64,000 bases of DNA from Tubiluchus corallicola (GCA_030141605.1 JAQGDQ010000180.1:372001-436000); one strand, 5' to 3'; shown: positions 27,601 to 40,000, counted from the stretch's first letter. Notes: generated by a model from the sequence alone, not told the origin. A program made the numbers and translations.

Positions 27601-30600
27601 AAATCATCAGATTAGAGGTTGAACCGGCTACTTTCTTGTCTCACACGCCATTTACTGGACTCCTGCCACAATGCCCAATTGTCAACGTGTACGAATATCA
27701 TCAGCTCATCCCAATCACCGGACGTGAGAGCAGCATCCTGTATCCAGTAAGTTCACTTATATTGTTCTAGAAAAAACCTAAGAAGTTTAGATGATTTAGC
27801 GACTTCAGTCAGTGTTGAAGTAACGTTTGGTGTTCGTTGACACGCGTGGAACTGGATTTTCGTAAGATTTAAGATCGCAAATAGATTCATATACAGGGTG
27901 TCAGTGCGTAATCGAATTCCATCTTTGAATTTGAGAGAGATATTAAGTGAAAGGAACCTTCAAGAATGTAAAATTTTCATACATCTCGTAAAGGGTATAA
28001 TCGTGAAAAGCTATTAGAATGACGATAAATAATGTCGCAAATTTTAGTCTGTGTAAATATTCTGTCTACTTCTTATTTGGGTAAAACCTTATTGTTAAGT
28101 AAAATTTTAATTCTGGTAAAATTAATGAAAAATTTCATACATCGTTTTTGGATATAACCTTATCCATTTAAAAGTTTAACGAAATAAACAATGTTATAAC
28201 GTGTTTTTGTTAAAATCTTCCCTAAAAATAGACGGATTGTAAATAACTTTGTCAAATAAAGATTCGTTATTATATTATTATAATGTACGATCTTTTCACC
28301 ACACATCAAAATATCAGCACACTTAGTGAACATTGATTATTATATTTGTTTTGCTTAGATTGATTACCATGCCGAGATCAAGAGCTGGGGCGTCAAGGTT
28401 TTAACAAGAGGAGCTGTGACGACACCCGTAAATGGTGCTGCTTATTATCCACTGAATGGCATCCAAAAACTGTATCTGATTGCCACGCCAATTTATCCAT
28501 CCATACAGAAGGTAACATGGGATCCATTTTCTGTTTATTGTAATGCTGATGGAATAACAGCTTTGTAGTTGTTCAGTAATGTTTTCTAAAATTGGAGTTT
28601 ATTTATTTTAAGTTCTGCGACAATATGAAGAGAATGCCACTGGATGGATGACCTGGCTTGAGTTTATGAAAAATGTTGTTGTAAATAGTAGCAGGTTTAG
28701 GGTTGGCGTCTAATTCTTGAGTTATGTGTCGATAATAACAGAGCTGATCCAATAATAGTGTTCTGTGTATGTCATACTTTGAAGACTAAAAAATAATGGC
28801 GGCGGGGGGGGGGGTCACTCTCAGTCGAACTGTTTCAGCTACATGAAGGGTCATCAATAATACTCCTGGAAAACAAATCACCTTTTAATTGTGAAAAATT
28901 GGCAATGAATCTATTTGTTGAAATCTCATTACTTCGATCATCATTATAATTGGGGCATACTGACACTAGCATTGCAATTTCTTTTGTTGTAATTGTCTGT
29001 GTGATTCCTTTATTCCTAAACATTAAACTTTTTGTCGTGTCTGTATTGAAGAAAAATTCAATTTTCGTTGCAGATTGAACTGAAATTCAGATATGGTCAA
29101 ACTCCTAATGATCTCCAGGATCTACGTTACTCGGAAATGACACAACTCAGTCCTTTAAGCTACCTGTCTCACCAGGAGGCAACCAGCAGGTACATCTATG
29201 CTACCCTCAAGACTTACACTGGATCTCAACCTCAGGTAAGATATTGCCTTCAGTTTGAATACAGTGAATGTTGCTTTCAGCTTTGAGCTTTGGACATTAA
29301 AAGCAAATCATAAAGCTGAAATCGATGCGTTTCAAAGGTGAAATTACAGAAACATTTTGGGTGTCATATGGCTAAAGAAAATCTCAAACAAAGATCTATA
29401 TGAAAAAGTAAAAGAAGAACCTTGGACAAGAAAAATAAAAAGACGCCGTTTAAGATGGGTTGGGCAGATGCTTAGACTACCTGCTGATATTCCAGGAAAG
29501 ATAGCTCTTCAACAAGCCATAGAACCAGCTAAAAAACCGCAGGAGAACAAATGTTAACATATTTAGAATTTGTACAGGAAAATTTAGACACTTCAGCATT
29601 GATCCTTAGAGATAAATGCACTTGGGATACTGCAGTGAGTAGAGAGTCCTGGCATAGAGAGATGAACAGAATCATGTCCCTGGACGTATGATTCATTGAA
29701 TGATGATGCTTTCAGCCAAGCACCTTTATTTCTTGATTTGTGGGTATGTAAAATTTTTTATCATTTCTCAAAGTTTTGTTGTTTTTGTAGCTAAGAGAAG
29801 AGGTGATAGCTACCTTGCACCATTCACCAATGTGGAGGAAGATCGCAATGGACTTGAAGACGAGCTTCTTGACCAGAGCTGGACGCAAAATCGTAAGTTT
29901 CATCAACAACAAATTAACACATATTTCAAGCAGTTAACTTGGCTTCCCTAACTGTGAATGGCTATAACAGCCAACACTACGGACATATTCGTCTAAGATT
30001 TGGCCTATGTTGTCCTTAATGCTTTCGGAATCTGCAATTATCTAAGACATTGTAGTCAAGAACGTTTGAGTCTTTTATGTTACCTAGATACTAAACAAAG
30101 CACTGCTGTATTTCTTATGATTTCCGCTTTTATTAAGAGGTTTTCAGACGTCATTTAAGACATCTGTACTGTTTTTAAGCTCTTCTTGACGATTATAAAT
30201 TGTATTTTTTTAGAAAGTTTATTAATTGTTTTGTTAGTTCGTCGTGAAAGGCAACGTGGGATTCCCTGACCTTCCCATTTCCTATTACGAACCATATACC
30301 AGCTACCAAGGTCAACTTCCAAGCATGAACGGAGAGTTTGACATCGAATACTACGATCCACGAGGCACAAAAGTAGCAGCTCGAGTCCAGGTAGGCGACA
30401 ATTAATGTTCTTCAAAAATTTAAATGTCTTATATAATAAGCTTTTTCACAGCTCCAGTGATTTTATTGATGATCGTGAAAAGGTCAGAGGTTAAGTGTAC
30501 CAGACAACGCGTTTGTATACACTAGACAATGCCTGGCAGGCCAATGCTGTTGCAATAGTAACCGTTTTAACAGCTAGCTAGAACCTTACCTGGCTCATTT

Positions 30601-33600
30601 TTTTCTTGTTCTCAAACAAGATTCTGCTAGTCAATCTCTCCACGCACAGACTAATGCATAGTTAAGTTAAAGTCCACGTAAGATAACTGAAGTTACTGAA
30701 CTGATGAGGCAGACGGCTTAAGTTACATTTTAAAACGTGTTACTGTGGTACACTTAACCTCTGATCTAAGGTGTGAAAGAAACTATGAAAAGGTTTATTT
30801 GGTATGTTAGTTAGCCTCTAATAAAATACTAAACCCAAAATTGCACGCACTGACTTTAACTGCGTGCATTGAACGATACCGCCATCTATCCATAGAAACG
30901 CGAAATTTTATAGTGCTAATTTAACCACCTAAGTGGACTAGTTACTAGGCTTCAAAACTCACATTGTCGCATTTTATTACTTTTCCACAAATAGATGGCA
31001 GGCATACTGTATGCGTTCCGAATTTAAAAATATGAAATCGTCTTCCAGGTAACTGGTGAAAAGTCAGAATGGCAAATTCAGAACGAACCTCTGCTGAGTG
31101 AGGAGTGCAGCCGCTACGGACAGAGAAGCCTGACTTGTTGGAAGCACAAGAAATCTATGCTACAGATGAGACAGATGATTGTTGACGTACAATACCATCA
31201 GGTGGGTTTGGAATTTTGATCAACAAAACAGGTAGCACCTTCTCCAGATTTTTCAACACTTTTCTGTGGTCCATTCCAGAGACCTGCACTGATTGCCTCT
31301 TGAGTACAGTCCGGCTCATACTTACATATCAGACCTTCTTAAACTATATGTGCCTCGCAGAGCATTAAGAGCTAGCTCAAGCGGAAGTAATATTGAAATC
31401 CCACGTACCAGGCTTGTCACTTGCGGTGATGAATCATTCACTTCTGCTGCCCCCAAATTGTGGAATTCTTTGCCTCTGCGATTACGCCTGGTCAAGTCGC
31501 TTGGATAATTTTTAAAAAGTCTGAAAACTTACTATTTTAATGAAGCCTTTTGTGGTTGAGCTAATCTTGTATTTTTACGATTGTACATGTGCATTGCTTT
31601 TATTATTTTGCTAAATTTTCTGTGTTTTTATTATTGTTCCTTTTTGTCATATTCAACGTACGTTTAATCAATCAATGTGCCGCGGTCTTACATATCTTAA
31701 TAATTAATTTTTTAGTAATTTTGACGATCTTTTATTTGTAAGATGCATTCGATCATCGTGTAAAATGTAGTAAAAATATTCAATAAATTCTTATTAAATT
31801 ATTATGAATTGGTTTAGCTTCTGTGATTTTCAATGGCTTCTTTTACAGATTCCACTGTGGTTGAAGAAGTACATGTATCTGAACAGTCTGAGGCTCCTGA
31901 ACTACGTGTACAACGACATCACTGCTTTTGAACTAAAAGACACGGGCAACTTGGTATTCCCCGATCAGTTTAGAGTGAGTGGGAAGATTCCTGATATTTT
32001 TATACTATTAGTTTAAAATATGCTTTGCGTCACATTAAATTACACGTAACACATAACTTGTACTATTCCTGGGTTGCATTTAATTTTATTTCAAGGGGAA
32101 TTTCAAAGATCTTTTGCAGTGAAATCTAGTTATCTCCCAATAATTTTTTTTCAAATTAAGGTTTTTTCAAAATTCGACAGTATTTAAAGTATTCATTTTC
32201 AGGTTATCACGAGAATTTTGCCAAACAACCGCCAGGTGGACATTGTCGTTGACTTCCCCAACATGAAGGTGACGATGCTTCGCGTTCCACTTCCCGTCCA
32301 ACTAGAGCCGTTTTCGCATCGCCGCAGCATCTTCATGAATTATGTGCAATCAGTTACGATGGAAAATATTGAGCGTAAGTTATTTGTTTTTTATTTAGCT
32401 TTTTCAAAGCAATACAATTAATATACTCCAATACTCAGCCTTTTTGCTTGAATTCATTTAGTCTACTTGGAGATGATAGTTTTTAACCGAATGACCGTAT
32501 GTCGCCTTGTCTCATACCAACACCTATCTACTAGTATATCGTACACTGCAAATTGTGATATTATTAATAAAATAATATTGGTTGGCATCCTTCTTTCTCT
32601 GAAGACAATGGAGTGTGCGCCAAGAGAGTCAGTTACTGATCACATTGATGGAGCTGCAGCATCGACTGTGGCTGAACAATCCGATCCTTGAACCACTCCA
32701 GGGCGCAAGCCTGGGCAAGGTGTATGGAGATCCTGAGTTGCCCAGACAACAGGAACCCACTCTCTTCCTCCCTGGTGTAGTCCAAAGAAAAGCAGAGCGA
32801 TACGTTTGGCACCAGGTTGGCTGCAGGAGCTGCCGGAGTCAGTGAGCATGCTGCACTGGTTCGCCTTCGGGGCTCCACTCCTGATTTGGAAGGTTTACTC
32901 CTCTACACATGGCCGTTGGGCCACTTGACCTCCTCCGCCCTCTGGCCGTTGGCTGCTTGTGCAGCTCTTCCGCCTAGTGTCGAGATACAGTGTGGACATC
33001 CCGCAAGCCTACAGCACCTGGTATTCCTAGGCGGTCACCCATCCAAGTACTAACCAGGCTGTACGTTGCTTAACTTCGATGATGAGACGAGAACCGGTGT
33101 TTTCAACGTGATTTGGCCGTAGTTAACATAATATATGATATAAAATATGATATATGACATGAATATATGATATAAAAAATTAAATTAAAACATTATATCA
33201 GTCCCACCGTGTACGTAAGAACAAAGAACGGTTCACAATGTCAGCAAACGTTTCTTTTTAACATACGTCACTTCCTATCCCACAATCCAGTGCTTTAACT
33301 TAACTAGTATAAACAATCATTACCTATATTCTTTTTCTTTTATCACAGCGTACTGCAAGTTGACCCCAGACAACAAACTACGTACTTTTGACGGCGTTAC
33401 CGTTGATCTGCCGATGCCGCCTACGTGTGAACACGTCTTAAGCAAAGCGTGCAGCGGTGGAGAGGAGTTCATCGTCATTCTTGCTAAGGATGAGAAGACC
33501 CATCAGAAGGTTTGTGCTTTTACTTGATGTAAAGCTACCAGGTCTATGCGTGGTTGTCTTGGACACTAGACATTTGTCAAATCGGGTTTCTATAGGAAAA

Positions 33601-36600
33601 TTAGGACATTCTTTTAAATTGTCACTGTTATGTCATTAATTAGTTCTAAACTTTTATTATTCTCTTATTCTAAACCCCCATCTCTGGCCAGTCCTCTTCG
33701 AAAATGCAATTCATAAGTTTGGAATTTCGAAGGAGAGTTGAGATGTGATTGTGACTGTTCTTAAAATGTGACCCATCATGGTGACTGAACTTGCTATGCA
33801 TTGTGGTATATAACGTAAAGTTCTTTCATAAAGGCAAGCTTATTGTCTTAGATAAATCCACTCTGACACTTTGGACACACCGCTAGTGATAGAGTTGGAA
33901 ATTTAAATTTTACTGAGGAAGTACAAAGTACGCTTTGCAGTTTTGCTTTAATGTTTAGCGCTAAGTTGAGCTTAACTAAGCGAGTTTACTCATCAATAGA
34001 CGTAATTTCAAGGTAACGTGTGGTTAGTGAAAAGAAGATGAACCACTTTAATCGTTAGCAACTTAGCTATTGTGACGGAACACAAAAGAATTCCCTTCAT
34101 AGCATATGGTGTTCTCAGAAATCTTTATTTCTGTATATAAAAAATGAAAATAATAAATTTGACTGCTTTCACTGCTTACAAATTTATAATGATCTAATTA
34201 TTATAATTTAAGACAATAAAAGTGAATATTACTCACATCGTGCGGTTATAACAACTTAATACATCATTGGAACGTCATACTAGTTTACAGCAAATCAGGT
34301 AGAGACGCTACAAATAATTACTTGAAAAATTATCTAAACATTATTTAACGTTTGCTGAGGCTTCTGTAAGCGTGTTTAGTGAGGCTCAACCTAATTTACA
34401 CACTTCACAGGTAAAATTAGAGGTAAGTTCACATAGGTGCTGCCACCTACATGTTAAGGCCAGAAACTGTTATTAAACTATAAAGCTATTAAACGAAAAA
34501 CAGCTACTTTTTAAAGTTATCCTAGCTTTAAGAAAAATAATTAGTTTACGAACAAAATGTTGATCGAGCAAATATCGTTCAAGATGTTGAAGATCTACGT
34601 TGAAGGCAAGAAGATCGAAATCAAACCACAGATGACGGTGCTCATGGATGGCAAACCAGTCACCGATGATGTTGTTCTTAAGTACGTATGATTTAAACAG
34701 ATAGTTGAACTAATACTTCGTTAATTTAAACACTGTTATTCGTGATATTATAGCTTCTGTGGGGCTTTAGAAATTACTGCAGACAAAAGCAGTGGAACAG
34801 CTAGAACATTAAATATGCAAGAACATTCAGTTTGTGACACGTATAACGCTCTTTTGCAGATATAGTCACAAAGTCTTTATAGTCACTATAGTCGTTTTAC
34901 TTGTAATCAGAAAGAAAGAGACCTACAAACCTAAAAATGAAAGAGATATGAAATGAAAGAGAAATGAAAGAAATAGCAGATTGTAAATAAATTTAGACAC
35001 AATTCGTTGACAAACTTGATAGCATAGTTCTCTTCCGACATTAGTCAGACTTTAACAATATCTACTGATGTGCTTAGTTAACATTTAAGTGCAAATTCGT
35101 ATGTGACGTTTCCAGGAAAGATCCCAAAGATCCAAAGAGCAAGGAAATGTTGAAGTTGCTGTTTGATTCCAACGCCAAGAAACATTTGACTGTGAAAGCA
35201 CCAATCGTGGGTCTTGAAGTCCAGACTGATCTTGAGAGCATCCAGATTAAGGTAAGCAATTACTACTTACGATGAAAATAGTTTTTTATCATAAAAAAAG
35301 AGTTTTTGTTGCGGAACCTATTGCCTAAGTAGGTTGTCCTAAATGCGTTTGTTTAATCAGTTTAGAGCTCAGAGAAAAAATGTAACAATTTCGGTGTAAG
35401 TTTTGCACAAATGGAAAGTTTTGCACGAGACAATCTGATGTTCTGCTACAATTATCATAATATTAACTTCAAAAAATCAATAATTTTAGTACATGTATAT
35501 CAGAAATTAAGTCTTAACGTAAGACTTTGATTATTTAATGCTCACATAACCAGCATATTTTTACAACAACGAAACTTGGGGCTTAACGATCACCGAACAC
35601 AGGTTTGATACGTTTCACAGAGGCCTTCTAAGGAAAGTTTTAAAGATAAGATAGCCATACGTAACAAAAACTGAAGATTTATACACTAGAACTAGAACTA
35701 CACTAGAAATTTTTTGGAGATCAAAAATCAAGATCTGAAGATTAAGGTGGCTAGGACAACTTTTAAAATTACCAAATGAAGCACCAGTAAGAATCGCCTT
35801 AAAGGAAACCTTAAAACCTTGGAAAAACCACCTAGTAAACCTAAAACAACTTGGATAGCTAAGTTAAATAAAGATGTTCAACAACTTCAACCAAATCTGT
35901 CTTTAGGAGTAGAAGAACTTATGCTGTTAGCTGCAGATAGGAGTGGGTGGAATACTCTAGTAAATGTTGATACCTCAATGCCTACAGTACACAGTAGATG
36001 AAATGAGACCTTGAAAAAATATCATAATGAAACGGGCGATTTTTTTCCTTGTTTTTTGTCTTTAATGCAAAATTGTCTTACATTTTGCTACAGCTGTCCA
36101 ACATGCATCGCAATAAGCACTGTGGTATGTGTGGAGACTTCAACTCTGAGATGGAAAAGGAAATGACTGGTCCACAGATGGAGATCTACCACGACACTCA
36201 GGCATTTATGAAAAGCTACATGATCCCATCGGACCTGCCCCAATGCTCGCGCCCTGATCTGATAACTCCAATCCAAAAATCATGGGATTACAGCTGGAGC
36301 ACTTACGATCCGTATACCCTGGAGGACCCATTCAGACCGCATGTTCATAACGAACAGGTAATTTAAGCCTTTGATGTCAATAACGAAAAGGTTGTTTATA
36401 TTAGGGTAAAACGCTGTTGCTTATATACTCCAATAGTTCTGGTGTTGTCCGTAATATTAGTAGTAATCTACGTAAATTTCCACCAACGTAATGAGATGAT
36501 ATAATTCGTTGTCATAATTTGCAAAATTTAGAACTACAAATTTATGAATTTTTCATTTACATTTCGCGTTTTATAGAGTTCATGGCGCACAAGCGAGGAC

Positions 36601-37986
36601 ATTCGCCGACCGTATGAACAGGTATGTTTATATAACTATTCAATCACATTTAATTCAAAATAAGAGCAATTAGAAAATTACTGGAAGCGGTTTTTGCAGT
36701 GAAAAAGCGCAGAAGAATATTTGGTAAGGTTTCTTTGTACGGAAAACTTTGCGAGCACCACATTTTCTAAGTAAAAATTCTTTCGAAAAGCTAAATTGTT
36801 CAACTGTTTTAGAGAGACATGCTTGATTCCTCCTGGCGCACCGGAAGAGAGGTTTTCGACTCCGACTTCGAACCAATTAGGACTGAACAGGTAAACAAAG
36901 AGCACATTATACCAAATTGTACATGGCAATAAAGTTTCCACGTATTGAAAGCTAAGTATTGACATGTATCATGGATGTAAAATGAATGAATAAACAAAAA
37001 GTGGTATTCGTAATTAACAGCGATCAATAAGCCTTTTCACAGTTTCATTGGTCTAGGTCAAAGGTTAAGTTTACAACAGCAACGTTTGTTAACTAGAACT
37101 ATTATGTGACATGTGGGTAAAACAAGGCCATCTGCCGCATCAGTTCACTAACTTTAGGTATTTTACTTGGACTCCACTTATTTATGCATTAATCTAATTA
37201 TGCTTTCATGATATCCTTTAATATTTTGTAGGACACACAGAGGACAAAATGGTATGAAGACGAGGAGCCACTTTACGAAGACAGGACATCTTTTCTTGAA
37301 CCACGTGTGGACACCCCATTTAATGTTGACAAGACAATAGATCCACTCAATCGACTTGGCCACCAGCAATATCAGGTATTGATGCAGTATTGATTTTGCT
37401 AAATTTTATCCGTTTGTGTCAAAGGCAGTTTTAATGATGTAGACCTTAAAATGTGCTGTCAAATAATGATGGCCGGTATGTAATATGGTACACTCTGTAA
37501 AACTTTTGGGCGGATGAAACGACACTTATCCTAGTTTTTATAAGAGTACACCATGTGGGCCTTCATGGTGGCAAGTTTGTCATTGTCTTGCAAAAAATAT
37601 GTTGGAGACAAATTTACTAAAATCAAGAATCCCTTTTTCAGGAACCACTTTTTGAGCCCGTCAAGACAGACTTCATTGATGACGCTTTTGACAGCTACAG
37701 TGGCAAGGTAGAGAAGACACTTGTGGTGCGCGCCACCCGGGGTATCACAGGACCTGAGCAATACTGCTTCTCCGTTTACCCTGTCTCACAGTGCAAGGCC
37801 GGCTACGAATCAACCTCCGTCATCAGACAGAACATCAGATTCAAGTGCAAAGACATCACCGACAGCCAAGCCCTGTCTCTAGTCAGCAAAAGCAGAAGCT
37901 CAATTCTGACCAGTTCTGACTTTACCTTCCAGGACACCGTAGTCGAGAAAATGATGGAGATTCCACGAGGTTGCCGAATGTTGTAA
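15617..37986 (+). CDS. vtg: Vitellogenin / large lipid transfer protein (signal peptide, LLT/Vitellogenin_N, DUF1943 region, C-terminal VWD), 36 coding exons, about 1819 aa
   Basis: Exons: 15617-15662, 16857-16898, 17183-17245, 17416-17561, 18209-18373, 18556-18738, 18873-19088, 19296-19444, 19560-19743, 20117-20301, 20480-20645, 20918-21055, 21561-21761, 22520-22737, 22880-22971, 23686-23810, 24883-25038, 25474-25594, 25917-26172, 26824-26983, 27591-27746, 28359-28511, 29074-29235, 29791-29892, 30238-30390, 31049-31201, 31849-31974, 32203-32374, 33349-33509, 34584-34681, 35116-35251, 36094-36357, 36577-36621, 36813-36890, 37232-37375, 37642-37986 (sum 5460 nt, phases consistent). Motifs: MKTIILVALVGLAFG; F..GQEYVFDYETQVLTGIP...SGLKI; ESIEGRCKTAY; LKSVGNSG; ELRIAAFLTLMESKP; EPSLQVGSFVYSYL; RTFDG; HCGMCGDFN. 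Confidence 0.93.
15679..16095. repeat. 33-bp minisatellite, about 13 copies, starting just after the intron 1 donor
   Basis: Unit approximately ATGTTAGATAGTATACTAAAGGATTGCGTTCAC. Confidence 0.95.
19770..20035. repeat. 42-bp minisatellite, about 6 copies, in vitellogenin intron 9
   Basis: Unit TTAAAGAGTAACTATTGGATATAGTTAACCATTAACAATATC with internal TAACTAT/ATAGTTA palindrome. Confidence 0.95.
21163..21578 (+). repeat. 94-bp tandem repeat spanning the exon 13 splice acceptor
   Basis: YAG acceptors end at 21184, 21278, 21372, 21466 and 21560; units alternate between two variants. Confidence 0.95.
21865..22300. mobile_element. Penelope-like fold-back element with hammerhead motifs in both arms (vitellogenin intron 13)
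   Basis: 21865-21972 is the reverse complement of about 22183-22300. Minus arm CCA-CTGATGA-T-GAC...GTC-GAAAC-GTT. One-armed sister copy at 23320-23660. Confidence 0.72.
23320..23660 (+). mobile_element. Partial second copy of the 21.9-22.3 kb element (intron 15)
   Basis: Colinear with 21981-22330; core mutated to CTGATCA at 23568. Confidence 0.75.
24285..24908 (+). repeat. 62-bp tandem repeat, 10 copies, spanning the exon 17 splice acceptor
   Basis: Unit TTCATTAAGAAATATGTAATGTTATAACTGTACCTTGTAG|GCTGGAGTACGCATGCAAGGAG; AG ends at 24324 + 62n up to 24882. Confidence 0.98.
25695..25800 (-). ncRNA. Minimal hammerhead-ribozyme-like motif (Penelope-type remnant) in intron 18
   Basis: Minus strand 25730-25702 reads CCGATGA-A-GTCC-GTGAA-GGAC-GAAA-GCTC (U4C variant). 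A degenerate inverted arm GTAGTTTCAG-TTGAAGA-AGT lies at about 25779-25798. Confidence 0.55.
26497..26713. mobile_element. Small MITE with inverted ends
   Basis: GATGCGGATGTGTTTT (about 26522) versus AAAACGCATCCGCATC (about 26679). Confidence 0.45.
27018..27478 (+). mobile_element. RTE-group LINE 3' fragment with (GAA)n tail
   Basis: Degenerate LRLFNAY..SIFMYNSE, LRKVLKIRWP and LRWLGHLLRLP; ends in GAAGAAGAAG. Sister copy at 35515-36016. Confidence 0.8.
29285..29709 (+). mobile_element. RTE-group LINE 3' fragment, different subfamily
   Basis: ILGVIWLKKISNKDLYEK...IKRRRLRWVGQMLRLP; short (TGA)n tail. Confidence 0.75.
30480..30768. mobile_element. MITE with TIRs of at least 22 bp
   Basis: AGGTCAGAGGTTAAGTGTACCA ... 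TGGTACACTTAACCTCTGATCT. Confidence 0.7.
31280..31800 (+). mobile_element. L2/CR1-group LINE 3' fragment
   Basis: YISDLL..YVPRRALRASS...PRTRL...GDESF..AAPKLWNSLP..LR is the typical L2 ORF2 C-terminus, followed by a T-rich 3' UTR. Confidence 0.75.
32579..33124 (-). mobile_element. 5S rRNA-derived SINE (SINE3) with RTE-derived body and tail, in vitellogenin intron 28
   Basis: 33124-33005 is a full 120-nt 5S-like head (CTACGGCC...GTTAGTACTTGGATGGGTGACCGCC...GGTGCTGTAGGCTT) with no oligo-T terminator. The tail encodes RIGLFSHSRCC (RTE ORF2 end) then CTCCATTGTC...GGATGCCAACC. Near-TSD AAAATAATAT (32569) / AACATAATAT (33125). Confidence 0.85.
35515..36016 (+). mobile_element. RTE-group LINE 3' fragment, same family as 27018-27478
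   Basis: Shared blocks CTTCAACCAAATCT...TTTAGGAGTAGAAGAACTT and AAATGTTGATACCTCAATGCCTACA. Confidence 0.8.
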
Positions 37987-38088
37987 ATTATTAATGGTTT
38001 AAACGGCTAAGACTGGTACTGTACTCCCCCCATTATTGCATTTATGTCCAGAGAACAAAGTAATTATGCGAACAAACACTTTATGACT

Positions 38089-38960
38089 CTTGTAAAAATT
38101 CTTGTTTTTGTACGAATATTAGGAAAGCTTATTGTATTTGTCATTGTTAAATATTATTAATACGGCTGTTGTGTTAATGTGACGGATTGCACTCGCCTTT
38201 TCATTGCAAAAACGTTTATCGTAGTTCTCTTTTTGGTTATAGACATATCCTATGTATGTATTTAGCTAAGGGAATATTTTATATATAAAAGCTAAGCATA
38301 GTTGTTGGGTAATAACTAATGAGGTTTACGTAAATTTTTATCGGAAAAGTCGAATTTTTACGATGCAGTATTACGTATAATATTATTATATTGTATGCAA
38401 TGAGTAACAGAGTTACACTGAATTATTCACTGCAAAGTCAATTTATACAGGCAAAATTAACTTTCGCTACTTTGTGCCAGTAATCTTTAATAATGAAAAC
38501 TTTGTCCAAGTGTTCGTCGCAAAGCTGCATGTGCAATAAAATAGATATACGGTAATAAAATGTATTTATGACCAGCAGTTAACTTGTACGATTTTATGAG
38601 TTAATTTCGTCAAACTTTAATTTGTTCACAGGAAAAATGTTCACAACACCAGTGACTAGCGCCACCTGTACTCACATATTAAATACAATACAGGAAAAAA
38701 TGTTCACAACACCAGTGCCTAGCGCCACCTATCTCACACATTAAACACAATACAGGAAAAATGTTCACAACATCAGTGCCTGGCGCCACCTATCTCACAC
38801 ATTAGACACAACTCAGAAATAAGTTTATAATATTGGGATCTAACACCACCTGTGCACGCAGACTTCCTATCTCTTACAAATTTCTTTTTCTAAATCGAAC
38901 CGATTCTCCCTGTTTACGTAGCACTCCTTCTAAATCCAATATTTCCTTTATGCATTCTTG

Positions 38961-39031
<71 letters not shown>

Positions 39032-39087
39032 GTCTCTCTCTCTTTCTCTCTTTCTCTCTTTCTTTCTCTCTCTCTCTCTTTCTCTCT

Positions 39088-39134
<47 letters not shown>

Positions 39135-39164
39135 TCTCTCTCTCTCTTCTCTCTCTCTCTTTCT

Positions 39165-39195
<31 letters not shown>

Positions 39196-39208
39196 GTCTC
39201 TCTCTCTT

Positions 39209-39261
<53 letters not shown>

Positions 39262-39330
39262 CTCTCTCTCTTCTGTCTCTCTCTTCTCTCTCTCTTTCTT
39301 CTCTCTCTCTTTCTCTCTGTCTTCTCTCAT
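38089..39330 (+). repeat. Segment duplicated at 50618-52101 (vitellogenin 3' UTR, 61-bp minisatellite, unique flank, (CT)n)
   Basis: Near-identical colinear sequence from CTTGTA..AATTCTTGTTTTTGTACG through to the CT microsatellite. Confidence 0.95.
38535..38559 (+). terminator. Vitellogenin polyadenylation signals
   Basis: AATAAA at 38535 and 38554, about 550 nt after the stop, followed by T-rich sequence. Confidence 0.6.
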
Positions 39331-39598
39331 ATCATATAAATACACGTATAATCAAAAATACGCAAACATTCTACCCAGTGTTTGTCTACTTACCTAACGC
39401 AAAACCAGTAGCAGCAGCTTTTACTGAATTAAAGCTATAGGCAGATTATAATGTATGACGTCAGAACAATGGCTTTGCGTCAGCAGTTTTCCAAGCGAAA
39501 ATTGCCAAAAATAGAATAATTAACTCGTCGGCACTCCTCTTGGTGGACGTGTCCTAAAATATGGCCCACATCGTCGTGTAGCCCCGTTCTTCCTCTTT

Positions 39599-40000
39599 CT
39601 AGAGAGCTATATATCTCCTTCTGAAAGACCCACCAGGCACCGCTAGAACGTTTTTTCTACAGGGTGTTTGACCAAAATTTCGAAAAAATCGCGAGTTGGG
39701 TCCAGGAAAACGCCCGTTACGGGATGCCGTGGCCCTCTCGCGAATTCTAAATATGCCTATGACACCCACCGCTGAACGGCCGGCACCGCCCGTTCCAGCC
39801 GAAGTTTTGCAAAAAAAACAGCGGAAAATTGCCATTTTTGGAGGGTTTTTTGCCCCCGTTCGTCCCGGTGGACCCGATTCGAAAAAATAAAGCACCAATT
39901 GCTTGACACTAGATCGAGACCTTTCGTTTGATGTATAGATCGCCGCAAATGGTACCGTCGTCGAAGCTGTAGCCTCGAATCTTATATATATATATATATA
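39599..40000 (-). mobile_element. GC-rich non-autonomous element, possibly Helitron/Helentron-like
   Basis: On the minus strand it starts in (TA)n and ends ...GATATATAGCTCTCTAG (CTAG 3' end); markedly higher GC than its flanks. Confidence 0.35.

Noticed and set aside
29700-29951. ORF-track protein overlapping vitellogenin exon 24
   Set aside because: Wrong frame; the phase-0 exon 29791-29892 reads LREEVIATLHHSPMWRK.
33005-33124. Functional 5S rRNA gene
   Set aside because: Single copy, no oligo-T terminator, continues into RTE-derived sequence and is flanked by a near-TSD, so it is a SINE head.
34584-34681. Non-canonical splicing at vitellogenin exon 30
   Set aside because: The acceptor is AAG with a weak pyrimidine tract, which is uncommon but still GT-AG; the exact start is slightly uncertain.
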